A DNA stretch of 64,000 nucleotides from Alphaproteobacteria bacterium (GCA_965227515.1 CBDDFZ010000002.1:704001-768000); one strand, 5' to 3'. Counted from the stretch's first letter, positions 39,655-49,630 are shown. Numbers and translations: made by a program. The notes: generated from the letters alone by a model not told the origin.

Positions 39655-39830
39655 TGTCGTCCTCGCCCTTGTGGCGAGGACCCATATTTGTCCACGATCT
39701 GAATAGTCAAAATTGAGCCGGTGTCGGGATTGGCTGTCGGCTGTATGCGATGGGCCAATGTGCCGGCTCTCTTCGGCACTCGTCCGGACTGCCCCGCAAA
39801 TGGGCCCTTGCGACAAGCGCAAGGGCGACG
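39655..39830. repeat. REPIN/MITE-like palindromic doublet, family A
   Basis: TGTCGTCCTCGCCCTTGTGGCGAGGACCCAT ... ATGGGCCCTTGCGACAAGCGCAAGGGCGACG. Confidence 0.9.
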
Positions 39831-39848
39831 AGCTTCAGGTGAAAGGCC

Positions 39849-41516
39849 CTAAGCCGAAACCTCGACGTGCTGGTCGACGGCGGCGCGGCCGGCGCCGAGC
39901 CGGAGGTCCGGGCGGCGCTCGAACGTCAGCGTGCCGCGGAAGTCCATCGCCTCCATTGCCGCCGAGAACAGTTCCATCAGCTCGGGTTCGGAGCGCGCCG
40001 GCAGGGCGTTGCCGTGGCGCACGATCAAGTCGAGGCGGCGCGCCTGCACGAACCCGTCGAGCCGGAACGGGCCCAGCCGGGTGAACCGGGTCTCGACCCG
40101 AAAGCGCGCGACGTCCTCGTCGCCGTCCGCGTCCTCGCCACCGGCATTCTCATGCCAGCTGTAGTCGAGCGACTGCCAGCCGTCGCCGGTCATGATGGGT
40201 ACCACCACGCTGCGCCAGTCGCCATTGTGCGCGGCGGCGCCGTCGACATCCGGCAGGCGCTGGCTGAGCTTCGCGCCATTGTCGCGTAACCGGTCGAGCA
40301 GGCCAGCCTGCCCGGCCTTGCCCAGGGCGGCCGCGCCGCCTTCGCCCAGCACGCTGTCGACCCGGCCGCCCTTCAGCGCGGTCAGCAGGAACATGGTGGC
40401 CGCGGCCAAGCGCGGGCCCGGCCGGGGAATCGCGGCATTGGCGGCGGCGGCCATCTCGGGATGGACGGTGGAGACCGCCGCGATGGCCTGCTCCAGCGTG
40501 GTGCCGAGCTGTGCGGCCGGGCTGGCTTGAGCCTGAACGCTGGGCGCAGCCTGGATGGCGAGCGTGACCTGCGTGCCAATGGGCAATTGCGACGTCTGCA
40601 GCGCGACCAACCCCCTGGCGGTCGAGATGATCGGCTGGCCGTTGCCGGCGTGGCCGACGACGCGCCCGGTGATCTGGGCCGGGTCGGCCGCCGTGGCCGC
40701 ATTGGCATTTGCTCCGGTCGCGGTCGCCGCCACCTGGTTCGGCGTCGCGGCAGTTGTTGCCGGGTTGCCGGTGGCGGCAGCGTTCCCGGCGGAAACGGTC
40801 GCTGCGGCCTGGGCGGTTGGCGCGGCGGCCGGAGTCGCCGAAGCCGCCGAAGCCGCCGAAGCCGCCGAAGCCGTGGCTGCTGCGGGCGCGTTGGACGGCG
40901 GCGTGGTCGAGACCACCCGGACCTGGAACGAGGTCGCGTTGCGGAGCTGGGCGTCGACCTCGCCGCGCGGGGCGGTGGCGATCTGTTGCGCGGTCAGCCC
41001 GGAGAGCGGCCTGGCGGCAATGGTCTGGGTGGCGGCACCGGGTGCCGAAGTGCGGACCTGGGCGGCGGCATCGGCGGGTGCCGGGGCCTGGGTGGGGTTC
41101 GGGCGCACCGTCAGTTGCAGGTCAGGACCGCCGCGCTGCACGGTCAGGTTCACCGTGTCGCCGGGCACCAGGGTCGGCGGCAGGCCGCGAACGCTGACCG
41201 CGCCGAACGCGGTGGCGAGCTGGGTCACACCATTGGGCGACCCCTGGGGCGGCGCCTGTACGGTGGCGCCGAGGCGGGCGCCTGCGGCAAGCTGGGTCAG
41301 CGCGGTATCGGCGCGCACCACTTGCAGCGGGATTTGTGAAGGTTGGGGCGGAGGCGCGGGCGTTCCCTGCGGTGTCGCCTGGGCTTGCGCGCCGGCGGAA
41401 CCGCCGCCGGATGCGTTTGCGACCGGGGCGACCGGCGGCTGGGTCAGCGCGTTGGGGGCCGGCTGGTTTGCGGCCGTCGGGGTCGTCGGCGGGGGCGGCG
41501 TGTTGATCGCAGCCAT
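39849..41516 (-). CDS. Pro/Ala-rich flagellar-cluster protein with a FliK-like C-terminal domain
   Basis: Low-complexity N-terminus; C-terminal RFRVETRFTRLGPFRLDG..LDLIVR; last gene of the fliF-flhG run. Confidence 0.6.
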   Translation of the reverse strand: MAAINTPPPPTTPTAANQPAPNALTQPPVAPVANASGGGSAGAQAQATPQGTPAPPPQPSQIPLQVVRADTALTQLAAGARLGATVQAPPQGSPNGVTQLATAFGAVSVRGLPPTLVPGDTVNLTVQRGGPDLQLTVRPNPTQAPAPADAAAQVRTSAPGAATQTIAARPLSGLTAQQIATAPRGEVDAQLRNATSFQVRVVSTTPPSNAPAAATASAASAASAASATPAAAPTAQAAATVSAGNAAATGNPATTAATPNQVAATATGANANAATAADPAQITGRVVGHAGNGQPIISTARGLVALQTSQLPIGTQVTLAIQAAPSVQAQASPAAQLGTTLEQAIAAVSTVHPEMAAAANAAIPRPGPRLAAATMFLLTALKGGRVDSVLGEGGAAALGKAGQAGLLDRLRDNGAKLSQRLPDVDGAAAHNGDWRSVVVPIMTGDGWQSLDYSWHENAGGEDADGDEDVARFRVETRFTRLGPFRLDGFVQARRLDLIVRHGNALPARSEPELMELFSAAMEAMDFRGTLTFERRPDLRLGAGRAAVDQHVEVSA

Positions 41517-41543
41517 CGAAACCGTCCTCGTGTTGCGCCGTCG

Positions 41544-42335
41544 TCAGGCCATGCCGTCGGCGACCAGGTGCTCGGCAATGGCCAGCACGTCGCGCGAGGC
41601 GTTGGCGCCCGGGTGGCGGGTCAGTATCGGGACTTGGTGACGGATCGCGTCCTTCACCTTGGCATCGGCGCGGACGACGCCGGCCAGCGGCACGCTGAAC
41701 TTCAGGAAGTTCTCGCACGCGCGGTTCAGCGTCTGGTGGGTCCGCTCGCCTTCCGACTTGGAGGGCGCCATGTTGACGACGACGGAGAAGCGCGCCTCGG
41801 GAAAGGCCGCGGCGGTCAGCTTGATGAGCGCATAACCGTCGGTCAGCGAGGTCGGCTCGTCGGTCACCACCACCAGGCAGCGCCGCGCGCCGCCGGCCAA
41901 CAGCTTCACGGCGCGGTCGACGCCGGCGCCAAGGTCGAGCAGCACATCGTCATAGCCGGCCGCGAGGGCGCGCAGGTCGTGGTCGAGCGTCTGCAGGCGC
42001 GCACCGCCCAGGCCGGCCAGCCCCGGCGTGCCGCCGCGCCCGGCAATGATCTCGAACCCGCCGCCCGCGAAATCGAACGCGGCATCGGCCAGGCTGGCAC
42101 GCCCGGCCATCACCGCGCTGAGGTCGGTCGCCGGGGTCAGCCCGAGCTGCACGTCCACGTTGGCCAGCCCCAGGTCGCCGTCGAACAGCAGGACCTTGCG
42201 CCCCATGCCGGCGAGCGCCTGGGACAGGCTGATCGCGAACCACGTCTTGCCGACGCCGCCCTTGCCGGAGGCGATGGCCAGCGTCGGGGCGGGCGCCAGG
42301 GCTTGGGCCAGGCTGGAGGTGCCGGGTTGCGCCAT
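41544..42335 (-). CDS. flhG: MinD/ParA-like flagellar number regulator FlhG/FleN
   Basis: IASGKGGVGKT, DGDLGLANVDVQLG, DEPTSLTDGYALIK. Confidence 0.88.
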   Translation of the reverse strand: MAQPGTSSLAQALAPAPTLAIASGKGGVGKTWFAISLSQALAGMGRKVLLFDGDLGLANVDVQLGLTPATDLSAVMAGRASLADAAFDFAGGGFEIIAGRGGTPGLAGLGGARLQTLDHDLRALAAGYDDVLLDLGAGVDRAVKLLAGGARRCLVVVTDEPTSLTDGYALIKLTAAAFPEARFSVVVNMAPSKSEGERTHQTLNRACENFLKFSVPLAGVVRADAKVKDAIRHQVPILTRHPGANASRDVLAIAEHLVADGMA

Positions 42336-42338
42336 GTC

Positions 42339-43409
42339 TCAGAGTCTCCCGTTGCGGCCGCGCGCCTGGCGCCGTTGGTCCGCTGTGTCGTCTTCCTCGC
42401 CGATGGCGAGCAGCAATGTCGCGAGCGCCGCCGCGCCGACCGGGTGCAGGCCGCCGGCGATGTCTGGGCTGACACCGACGCCGCGCAGGGCGAGGGCGGG
42501 CTGGCCCGGCTGCACCGTCGCGGCGCCGAACGCGCTGCCGAGCCGTCGCGCGGTGTCGAGCCGGCTCACGATCAGGTCGGCGGTGCCGATATCCGCGAAC
42601 GCGGCGGCGGTTTCCTCCGCCTCGCCGGCGTCCATGCCGGCGGGCAGCACCAGGACCGGCGTGCCGCTGAGCGCGGTCACGATGGTGTCGATCTGCTCCA
42701 TGTCGGCGGCGCTGAACGGGCTGATGCCGGGCGTGTCGACGATGGTCAGCGCAGCAGCGCCGTCGGCGTCGCGCTGGCGGCGCCGGGCGCGCCATGCCTT
42801 GGCGAGCGCGGTCGGCCCCGCGCCGCTGTCGACGCCGAGCTTCAACGGGGCGGCCAGCGCCTCGAGCTGTGCGACGCCAGCGGGGCGGACCGTATCGGCC
42901 GACATCAGATCGACGCCGACTTTGGCGCCGACGGCATAGGCGGCGAGCTTGGCGGCGGTGGTCGACTTGCCGCTGCCGGGCGGGCCCACCAGCACCAGCG
43001 GCTGGGCGGCGGCGCGATAGGGCAGGGGGCCGAAGCGCACCAGGTCGGAGAGCGCGTCGCTCAGCGTGCCGTGGGCATCGTCGCTGCCATAGTCCGCACG
43101 CCATTGCCGAATGCCCTCGGCCAGCCCATGCGGCAGGCCGGTTCGCGCGATGGCGCGCTCGATGACGTCTTCGCTGGTATCAACGTCGTGGTCCGCGCCG
43201 TTGGCTCCCATGGGGAAGGGCGTGACCGTGTCGTCTTCGATGGCGGCCGGATTGTGGGCCGGCGCCTCCGGGTCGGCGGCCGCGGTGACCTCGATGCCGC
43301 CGTTCGGCTGCTGCCGGCTGCCGACGATGATGGCGTCGACGCCGAGCTCGTCGCGGATCTGCGCCAGCGCGTCCGGCATGCTGCGGGCGGTGTAGGTTTT
43401 CAGGCGCAT
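42339..43409 (-). CDS. flhF: SRP-type GTPase FlhF
   Basis: MRLKTYTA..M..AL..IRDELG.DAII, GPPGSGKST, DTVRPAG, DTPG, SRLD. Confidence 0.88.
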   Translation of the reverse strand: MRLKTYTARSMPDALAQIRDELGVDAIIVGSRQQPNGGIEVTAAADPEAPAHNPAAIEDDTVTPFPMGANGADHDVDTSEDVIERAIARTGLPHGLAEGIRQWRADYGSDDAHGTLSDALSDLVRFGPLPYRAAAQPLVLVGPPGSGKSTTAAKLAAYAVGAKVGVDLMSADTVRPAGVAQLEALAAPLKLGVDSGAGPTALAKAWRARRRQRDADGAAALTIVDTPGISPFSAADMEQIDTIVTALSGTPVLVLPAGMDAGEAEETAAAFADIGTADLIVSRLDTARRLGSAFGAATVQPGQPALALRGVGVSPDIAGGLHPVGAAALATLLLAIGEEDDTADQRRQARGRNGRL

Positions 43410-43434
43410 GCTGGCACGCCGCCAAATTCAATTG

Positions 43435-43556
43435 CGTCGCCCTCGCCCTTGTGGCGAGGGCCTATGGCTGTGCCGACCTCCATCGATGCCGAGCCCCGTC
43501 GGGTTGCATGGGCAATGGGACGACGATGGGTCCTCGCCACAAGGGCGAGGACGACA
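43435..43556. repeat. REPIN/MITE-like palindromic doublet, family A, between flhA and flhF
   Basis: CGTCGCCCTCGCCCTTGTGGCGAGGGCCTAT ... ATGGGTCCTCGCCACAAGGGCGAGGACGACA. Confidence 0.9.
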
Positions 43557-43587
43557 ATGGGTATATGTTGGGCGTCGCAGGGCATCA

Positions 43588-45696
43588 TCACACCTGACCG
43601 ACCGTCTTGATGCGCGCCTTGGGGTGGATCTCGTTCTGCGACATCACCACGGTGGTCGGGCGGAACCGCTCGACGATCGAGCGCACATAGGGGCGGATCG
43701 CCGGGCTGGTCAGCAGCACCGGCACCTCGCCGAGCATGGCCTGGTGCTCGAACACCTGGCGCACCTTGGCGATGAACTCCTGCAGCATCGACGGCGCCAT
43801 GGCGAGCTGGCGTTCCTCGCCCTGGCCGACCAGGGCCTCGGCGAACGCCTGTTCCCACTGCGGCGTCATGGTCACGATGGGCAGCACGCCCTGCATGTCG
43901 CAGGCGGCATCGCTGAGCTGGCGGGCGAGCCTGGAGCGCACGTGCTCGGTCAGCAGCACCACGTTGCGGGTCTGCGCCACCACCTCGGAAATGCCTTCCA
44001 GGATGGTCACCAGGTCGCGGATCGAGACCCGCTCGCGCAACAGGTTCTGCAAGATGCGCTGGATGGCGGAGATCGAGATCTGGCTCGGCACCAGGTCGTC
44101 GACCAGCTTCTTGTCGGCGCCGCTCAGCTCGTCGAGCAGCTTCTTGGTCTCCGCGAATGACAACATCTCCGCCATGTTGTCCTTCATCACCTCGGTCAGG
44201 TGGGTGGTGATGACGGTGGCGGCGTCGACCACGGTCAGCCCGCGGAACAGCGCCTCTTCGCGGTGGGCGTCGCCGACCCACTTCGCCGGCAGCCCGAATG
44301 TCGGCTCCTTGGTATCCTCGCCCGGCAGCGGGATCGTCTCGCCGCGCGGGTCCATCACCAGCACCATGTTGGGCCGAAGCTCGCCCTCGCCGGCGTCGAT
44401 TTCCTTGATGCGGATGCAGTACTTGGTGTTCGGAAGCTGCAAATTGTCCTGGATGCGCACCGGCGGCATGATGAAGCCCAACTCGCTGGCCATCTGACGG
44501 CGCAGCGATTTGATCTGGTCGGTCAGGCGCTGGCCGTCGGGCCCATTCACCAGTTGCAGCAGGCCGAAGCCCAGTTCCAGGCGCACCAAGTCCATCTTCA
44601 GCGCGGTGGAGATCGGCTCCTCGGCCGGCGGCTTGGCCTCGACCTCCGCGATGGCCTCCGCCTCGGCTTCCGCCGCGGCGACGGTGCGCCGCTTGTTGAC
44701 GGCGTAGGCGACACCGCCGGTGGTCGCGGCCATCGCCAGGAACGGCAGCATCGGAATGCCGGGCAACAGCGACAGCGACACCATCAGGACCGAGCTCAAG
44801 CCGAGCGCGCGCGGATAGCCGCCGAGCTGGCCGAACAGTACCTTGTCGGTGGTGCCGTCGATGCCGCCCTTCGACACCAGCATGCCGGCGGCGACCGACA
44901 CGATCAGCGACGGGATCTGGGAGACCAGGCCGTCGCCGACGGTCAGCAGGGTATAGGTCTGCGCCGCCTCGTTCAGCGAAAGGTCCTGCTGGGCGGTGCC
45001 GATGATGATGCCGCCGACGATGTTGATCATGGTGATCAGCAGGCCGGCAATGGCATCGCCGCGCACGAACTTCGACGCGCCGTCCATGGCGCCGAAGAAG
45101 TTGCTCTCGTCCTCCAGCGCCTTGCGCCGGTCGCGGGCTTCGGTCTCGTTGATCAGGCCGGCGGACAAGTCGGCGTCGATCGCCATCTGCTTGCCGGGCA
45201 TCGCATCCAGGGTGAAGCGCGCCGACACTTCGGCGATGCGCCCGGAACCCTTGGTGATGACGATGAAGTTGACGATCACCAGGATCGCGAACACCACGAT
45301 GCCGATGATGAAGTTGCCGCCCATCACGAAGCTGCCGAACGCCTCGATGACGTTGCCGGCGGCACCCGGCCCCTCGTGGCCGTTGGCCAGGATCAGGCGG
45401 GTGGAGGCCAGGTTCAGCGACAATCGCAACAGGGTCGCGATCAGCAGCACGGTGGGAAAGGCGGAGAATTCCAGCGGCTTCGAGATGAACAGGCAGGTCA
45501 TCAGGATCAGCACCGCGAACGTAATCGACAGTGCCAGCGCCACGTCCAGCAGCCAGGTCGGCATCGGCAGGATGAGCACGACCAGGATACAGACGAGACC
45601 GAGCGCCAGCGCGATGTCGCCGCGCCGGAGCATGTCGGAGAGTTTGCGCCAGGCGCCGTTCGCCGCGGGCGATTGGGCCGAGGTGGTGTCTGTCAC
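43588..45696 (-). CDS. flhA: Flagellar export gate protein FlhA
   Basis: RIAEVSARFTLDAMPGKQMAIDADL, FFGAMDGASKFVRGDAIAG, ERVSIRDL. Confidence 0.98.
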   Translation of the reverse strand: MTDTTSAQSPAANGAWRKLSDMLRRGDIALALGLVCILVVLILPMPTWLLDVALALSITFAVLILMTCLFISKPLEFSAFPTVLLIATLLRLSLNLASTRLILANGHEGPGAAGNVIEAFGSFVMGGNFIIGIVVFAILVIVNFIVITKGSGRIAEVSARFTLDAMPGKQMAIDADLSAGLINETEARDRRKALEDESNFFGAMDGASKFVRGDAIAGLLITMINIVGGIIIGTAQQDLSLNEAAQTYTLLTVGDGLVSQIPSLIVSVAAGMLVSKGGIDGTTDKVLFGQLGGYPRALGLSSVLMVSLSLLPGIPMLPFLAMAATTGGVAYAVNKRRTVAAAEAEAEAIAEVEAKPPAEEPISTALKMDLVRLELGFGLLQLVNGPDGQRLTDQIKSLRRQMASELGFIMPPVRIQDNLQLPNTKYCIRIKEIDAGEGELRPNMVLVMDPRGETIPLPGEDTKEPTFGLPAKWVGDAHREEALFRGLTVVDAATVITTHLTEVMKDNMAEMLSFAETKKLLDELSGADKKLVDDLVPSQISISAIQRILQNLLRERVSIRDLVTILEGISEVVAQTRNVVLLTEHVRSRLARQLSDAACDMQGVLPIVTMTPQWEQAFAEALVGQGEERQLAMAPSMLQEFIAKVRQVFEHQAMLGEVPVLLTSPAIRPYVRSIVERFRPTTVVMSQNEIHPKARIKTVGQV

Positions 45697-45745
45697 TTAG
45701 GTGAACCTGTCCGTCGGTGTGGCTGCGAGGTGCTAGGCGAAGCGG

Positions 45746-47164
45746 CTAGCCGGCGTAGGTGTCGAGCGGCGCGCGATAGGCGTCCGCGGTCGGCGGCGGC
45801 ACCGCGACACCGTCGTCGGAGTACGCCTTCAGCTTGTTGCGCAGCGTGCGGATCGAGATGCCCAGGATGTTGGCCGCCTGGGTGCGGTTGCCCAGGCAAT
45901 GGGTCAGGGTGTCGATGATCAGGTCGCGCTCGACCGCCGCGACGGTGCGGCCGACCATGGCGCCGCCATTGCCCGATGCGCGGCCCTGGGCCGGTTGTCC
46001 GCCGCCGGCGCTGGGGGCCGAGGCGGCATCCGCCTGCTGCGGTCCGTCGGCCGCGCGCAGGGTGGTGGCGTCGGTCAGGTGAATGGCGGCGGCGTCGATG
46101 GTGTCGCCCTGGGCCAGCAGCACGGCGCGGTGCATGGCGTTTTCGAGCTCGCGCACGTTGCCGCGCCAGTGGTGGCCGCGCAGTCGCATCCGCGCCTCCG
46201 GGTCCAGCGGGCGCAGCGGCACGTCGTTCACCTTGGCGTATTTCTCGGCGAAAAGGTCGGCCAGCAGGTCGATGTCGGCCGGGCGGTCGCGCAGCGGCGG
46301 CAGGTTCAGCGTCATGACGTTGAGGCGGAAATACAGGTCCTCGCGGAACTTGCCCTCGGCGACGTGCTGCTGCAGGTCGCGGTTGGTGGTGGCGATGACC
46401 CGGATGTTGACTTTCACCGGCTCGGTGCCGCCGACGCGGTCGATCTCGCGCTCCTGAATCGCGCGCAGCAGCTTGGCCTGCAGGCGGATATCCATCTCGG
46501 AGATTTCGTCCAGCAGCAGGGTCCCGCCGTCGGCTTCCTCGAACTTGCCGACCCGGCGGGCGACCGCACCGGTGAAGGCGCCCTTCTCGTGACCGAACAA
46601 CTCCGACTCAAGCAGGTTCTCGGGGATCGCGGCGCAGTTGACCGACACGAAGCGCTGGTCGGCCCGGCGCGACTTGCGGTGGATGTGGCGCGCCAGCACC
46701 TCTTTGCCGGTGCCCGACTCGCCAGCGATCAGGATGTTCGCCTCCGACGGCGCGATCTGGTCGGCCAGCCGCACCACGTGCTGCATCGCCGGGTCGCGGA
46801 ACATCAGCTTGTGGCTTTCCTCGGCGATCGCCTCCAGAACCGCGGCGATCAGCTCGGCGTCCGGCGGCAGCGGCACATATTCCTTGGCGCCGGCCTTGAT
46901 CGCCCGCACCGCCGCATCGGTGTCGCTGCCGATGCCGCAGGCGACCACCGGCACGGTGATGCGCTCGGCCGACAGGTGGTCGAGCAGCTCGCGGATATCC
47001 AGCTTCACATCCACCATCAACAGCTCGGCACCGGCCCCGTTGCGCAGGGCGGTCATCGCCGCGGCAACAGTCTGCGTGTGGCTGACCTTGGCGCCGCGTT
47101 CCATGGCGATCTTGCCGGCGGTGGTGATGTAACCCTCCAGCGGGCCGACGATCATGAGGCGCAT
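45746..47164 (-). CDS. flbD: Sigma54-dependent flagellar activator FlbD
   Basis: Atypical receiver, GESGTGKE, GAFTGA, WRGNVRELEN, HTH NRTQAANILGISIRTLRNKL; lies between fliN and flhA. Confidence 0.93.
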   Translation of the reverse strand: MRLMIVGPLEGYITTAGKIAMERGAKVSHTQTVAAAMTALRNGAGAELLMVDVKLDIRELLDHLSAERITVPVVACGIGSDTDAAVRAIKAGAKEYVPLPPDAELIAAVLEAIAEESHKLMFRDPAMQHVVRLADQIAPSEANILIAGESGTGKEVLARHIHRKSRRADQRFVSVNCAAIPENLLESELFGHEKGAFTGAVARRVGKFEEADGGTLLLDEISEMDIRLQAKLLRAIQEREIDRVGGTEPVKVNIRVIATTNRDLQQHVAEGKFREDLYFRLNVMTLNLPPLRDRPADIDLLADLFAEKYAKVNDVPLRPLDPEARMRLRGHHWRGNVRELENAMHRAVLLAQGDTIDAAAIHLTDATTLRAADGPQQADAASAPSAGGGQPAQGRASGNGGAMVGRTVAAVERDLIIDTLTHCLGNRTQAANILGISIRTLRNKLKAYSDDGVAVPPPTADAYRAPLDTYAG

Positions 47165-47230
47165 CAGTTTCTATTCCTTCCTAACGGAGCGGGGGCGGAG
47201 CGAGGGGGCATGGCAGTTCCGTGGACCGGC

Positions 47231-47605
47231 TCAGTTGCGGTCGGTCTTGATGATTTCCGTCATGGTCACGCCGAGGCGGTCGTCGACGACGACAACCTCG
47301 CCGCGGGCGACCAGGCGGTTGTTGACGAAGATGTCGATGGGCTCGCCGATCTTGCGGTCCAGCTCGACGACGGTGCCGCTGCCGAGGCGCAGCAACTCGC
47401 TGACCTGCATCGCCGACTTGCCCAATACGGCCGAGACCTGGACCGGGATGTCGTAGACGGTCTCCAGGTCCTTGGCGCTGCGCTTGGTGCGGGCATCGTC
47501 GTCGCCGTCGGCATCGTCGCCGGCCTGTGCCGGCAATTGCGCCTCCGGTTCCTGCTCCGCGGTCGCGGCATCCAGTTCGTCGAGTACCAAATCGTCGTCA
47601 GCCAT
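47231..47605 (-). CDS. fliN: Flagellar motor switch protein FliN
   Basis: VYDIPVQVSAVLG...GEPIDIFVNNRLVARGEVVVV. Confidence 0.96.
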   Translation of the reverse strand: MADDDLVLDELDAATAEQEPEAQLPAQAGDDADGDDDARTKRSAKDLETVYDIPVQVSAVLGKSAMQVSELLRLGSGTVVELDRKIGEPIDIFVNNRLVARGEVVVVDDRLGVTMTEIIKTDRN

Positions 47606-47673
47606 CTGCGTCCATCCTTGGCCCGGTTGTCGGCCTTGTTGTCATCGCGTCGTGCGGCGCGCCTGGCCCGGCC

Positions 47674-48516
47674 TCAGCCGGCCGCCGCCTTGCGCACGTC
47701 GTCCACGGTCAAATTGTCGATCGGCCGGCCATCGGCGGCGGCCGCGTGATCGTCGGTCGCGGTGGGCCCGGCCTCGGCCGATGCCCCGGCCTCGGCCGAT
47801 GCCCCGGCCTCGGCCGATGCATCGGCATCGGTTGCCGGCGCCGGGGGCGTTTCCGGCTGCCGGTCGGCATCCGGTGCCGCCGCGCCGCCGTCATCGCTGC
47901 CGTCATCCGTGCCGTCATCGTCCACGCTGGCGGCAATCAGCGCGTCGATCGCGCTCATGATCTCGGCAGGCGCGCGGACCACGCCGCCGTCGGCCCACTC
48001 GATCGCGCACCCATCCATGGCGATGTGGTCCTCGCCGATGAAGATCAGCTTGCCGTCGTAGGCGCGGCCCTGTGCCAACGCCTCCACCCGGGCCTTCACC
48101 TCGTCCAGGATGGCGCCGTTGCACCGCACGACGATGGCCGGTTCCTGCAGCGCCATGTCCAGGCACTGGTCGGCGACACCGACGATCTCGTCCAGGCCGT
48201 GGCGCGCGGCATGCCGGGGCAGCAGGCGCGCCGCGATGGCGCGGACTACTCTCAGCGAATCGTCCCGGGTCTTGTTCCGCACGTCGTCCATCGCCGCGAA
48301 CATGGCCTGAAGCTGTCCGTCCATGGCGCGCAACTGGTCCTCGATCCGGGCCTCGGTCGCCTGTGACGCCGCCGCCCGCCCGGCGGCCTCGCCTTCGGCG
48401 AACGCGATCTCGCGCGTGGCCACCAGCTCGTCCTGGCTGAAGGTCGGCGGCGCCTCGGCCTCCGACCGGCGGTCGGCCTCGGAGTCGAACGAGGTTTCGA
48501 ACAAGAACTTTTCCAC
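47674..48516 (-). CDS. fliH: Flagellar assembly protein FliH (with an acidic C-terminal extension containing ASAEAG x3)
   Basis: KFLFETSFD, AFAEGEAAG, IEWADGG; between fliG and fliN. Confidence 0.88.
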   Translation of the reverse strand: MEKFLFETSFDSEADRRSEAEAPPTFSQDELVATREIAFAEGEAAGRAAASQATEARIEDQLRAMDGQLQAMFAAMDDVRNKTRDDSLRVVRAIAARLLPRHAARHGLDEIVGVADQCLDMALQEPAIVVRCNGAILDEVKARVEALAQGRAYDGKLIFIGEDHIAMDGCAIEWADGGVVRAPAEIMSAIDALIAASVDDDGTDDGSDDGGAAAPDADRQPETPPAPATDADASAEAGASAEAGASAEAGPTATDDHAAAADGRPIDNLTVDDVRKAAAG

Positions 48517-48558
48517 CGGCTCTGCGTCCTGCGTTCCGTTAGCGTCCAGCCGAACCGA

Positions 48559-49584
48559 TCAGTAAATCAGCTCGTCATCGCCCTTGCCATCGTCGATGGC
48601 GATCTTGCCCTGGCCGGCCAGATCCTTGGCGATGTTGATCATTTCAGACTGCGCCTCGTCGACGTCGCGCAGGCGCACCGGCCCAAGGGCCTCCATCTCT
48701 TCCTTCAGCATCTTGGCCGCGCGCTCCGACATGTTGCTGATGAACAAGTCGCGCAGCGATTCCGATGCGCCTTTCAGGCACATCGCGAGCTTGTCCTTGG
48801 GGAATGCCGCCATCAGCGTTTGTGCCGAGGCGGGGTCCAGATTGCCCAGGTCCTCGAAGGTGAACATCAGCGCCTTGATCTTATCCGCCGCGTCGCGGTT
48901 GCGCTCTTCCAGCGCGGTCAGGAAACGTTGTTCGGCATTGCGGTCAAGATTGTTGAAGATGTCGGCCATCAGTTCGTGGGCATCGCGCTGGTTGGTGCGG
49001 GCCAGATTGCTCATGAATTCCGACTGCATCGTGCGTTCCAAGTCGTCCAGCACCTCCTTCTGCACCGCCTCCATGCGCAGAATGCGCATCACCACTTCCA
49101 TGGCGAAGCCTTCCGGCAGGCTGGTGAGCACGCGGGACGCGTGCTCAGACTTGATCTTCGACAGCACGACGGCAACCGTCTGCGGGTACTCGTTCTTCAG
49201 GTAGTTGGCGAGGACCTGCTCGTTGACGTTGGACAGCTTCTCCCACATCGTCCGGCCGGCCGGTCCGCGGATCTCCTCCATGATCTGCTCGACCCGGTCG
49301 TTCGGCAGCGTCTTCATCAGCAGCCGCTCAGTGCTGGTCAGGCTGCCGACCAGCGAGCCGGTGCTGGTGATCTGGGAGGCGAAATCGCGGAAGAGCTGCT
49401 CGACGATCTCGGCGTTGACGTTGCCGAGCGTGGCCATCTGGTGAGAGACCTGACGGATCTCGTCGTCGTCCAGCATCTCGAACAGCTTCGCCGTGTGCTC
49501 CTCGCCGAGCGAGAGCACCAGGATCGCCGCCTTGGCCGGGCCACTCAGGTCACGATAGCTGGTCACGCTGCGCATTTGAGCCAT
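48559..49584 (-). CDS. fliG: Flagellar motor switch protein FliG
   Basis: [41 protein letters not shown]. Confidence 0.98.
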   Translation of the reverse strand: MAQMRSVTSYRDLSGPAKAAILVLSLGEEHTAKLFEMLDDDEIRQVSHQMATLGNVNAEIVEQLFRDFASQITSTGSLVGSLTSTERLLMKTLPNDRVEQIMEEIRGPAGRTMWEKLSNVNEQVLANYLKNEYPQTVAVVLSKIKSEHASRVLTSLPEGFAMEVVMRILRMEAVQKEVLDDLERTMQSEFMSNLARTNQRDAHELMADIFNNLDRNAEQRFLTALEERNRDAADKIKALMFTFEDLGNLDPASAQTLMAAFPKDKLAMCLKGASESLRDLFISNMSERAAKMLKEEMEALGPVRLRDVDEAQSEMINIAKDLAGQGKIAIDDGKGDDELIY

Positions 49585-49630
49585 CTCCGGTCAGCCCTCG
49601 GATACCGCTATCCGGCAGCTATGCCGAAGT

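Noticed and set aside
41343-47749. Long plus-strand ORFs (755, 572 and 616 aa) in the flagellar operon
   Set aside because: Antisense to well-conserved flhG/flhF/flhA/flbD.
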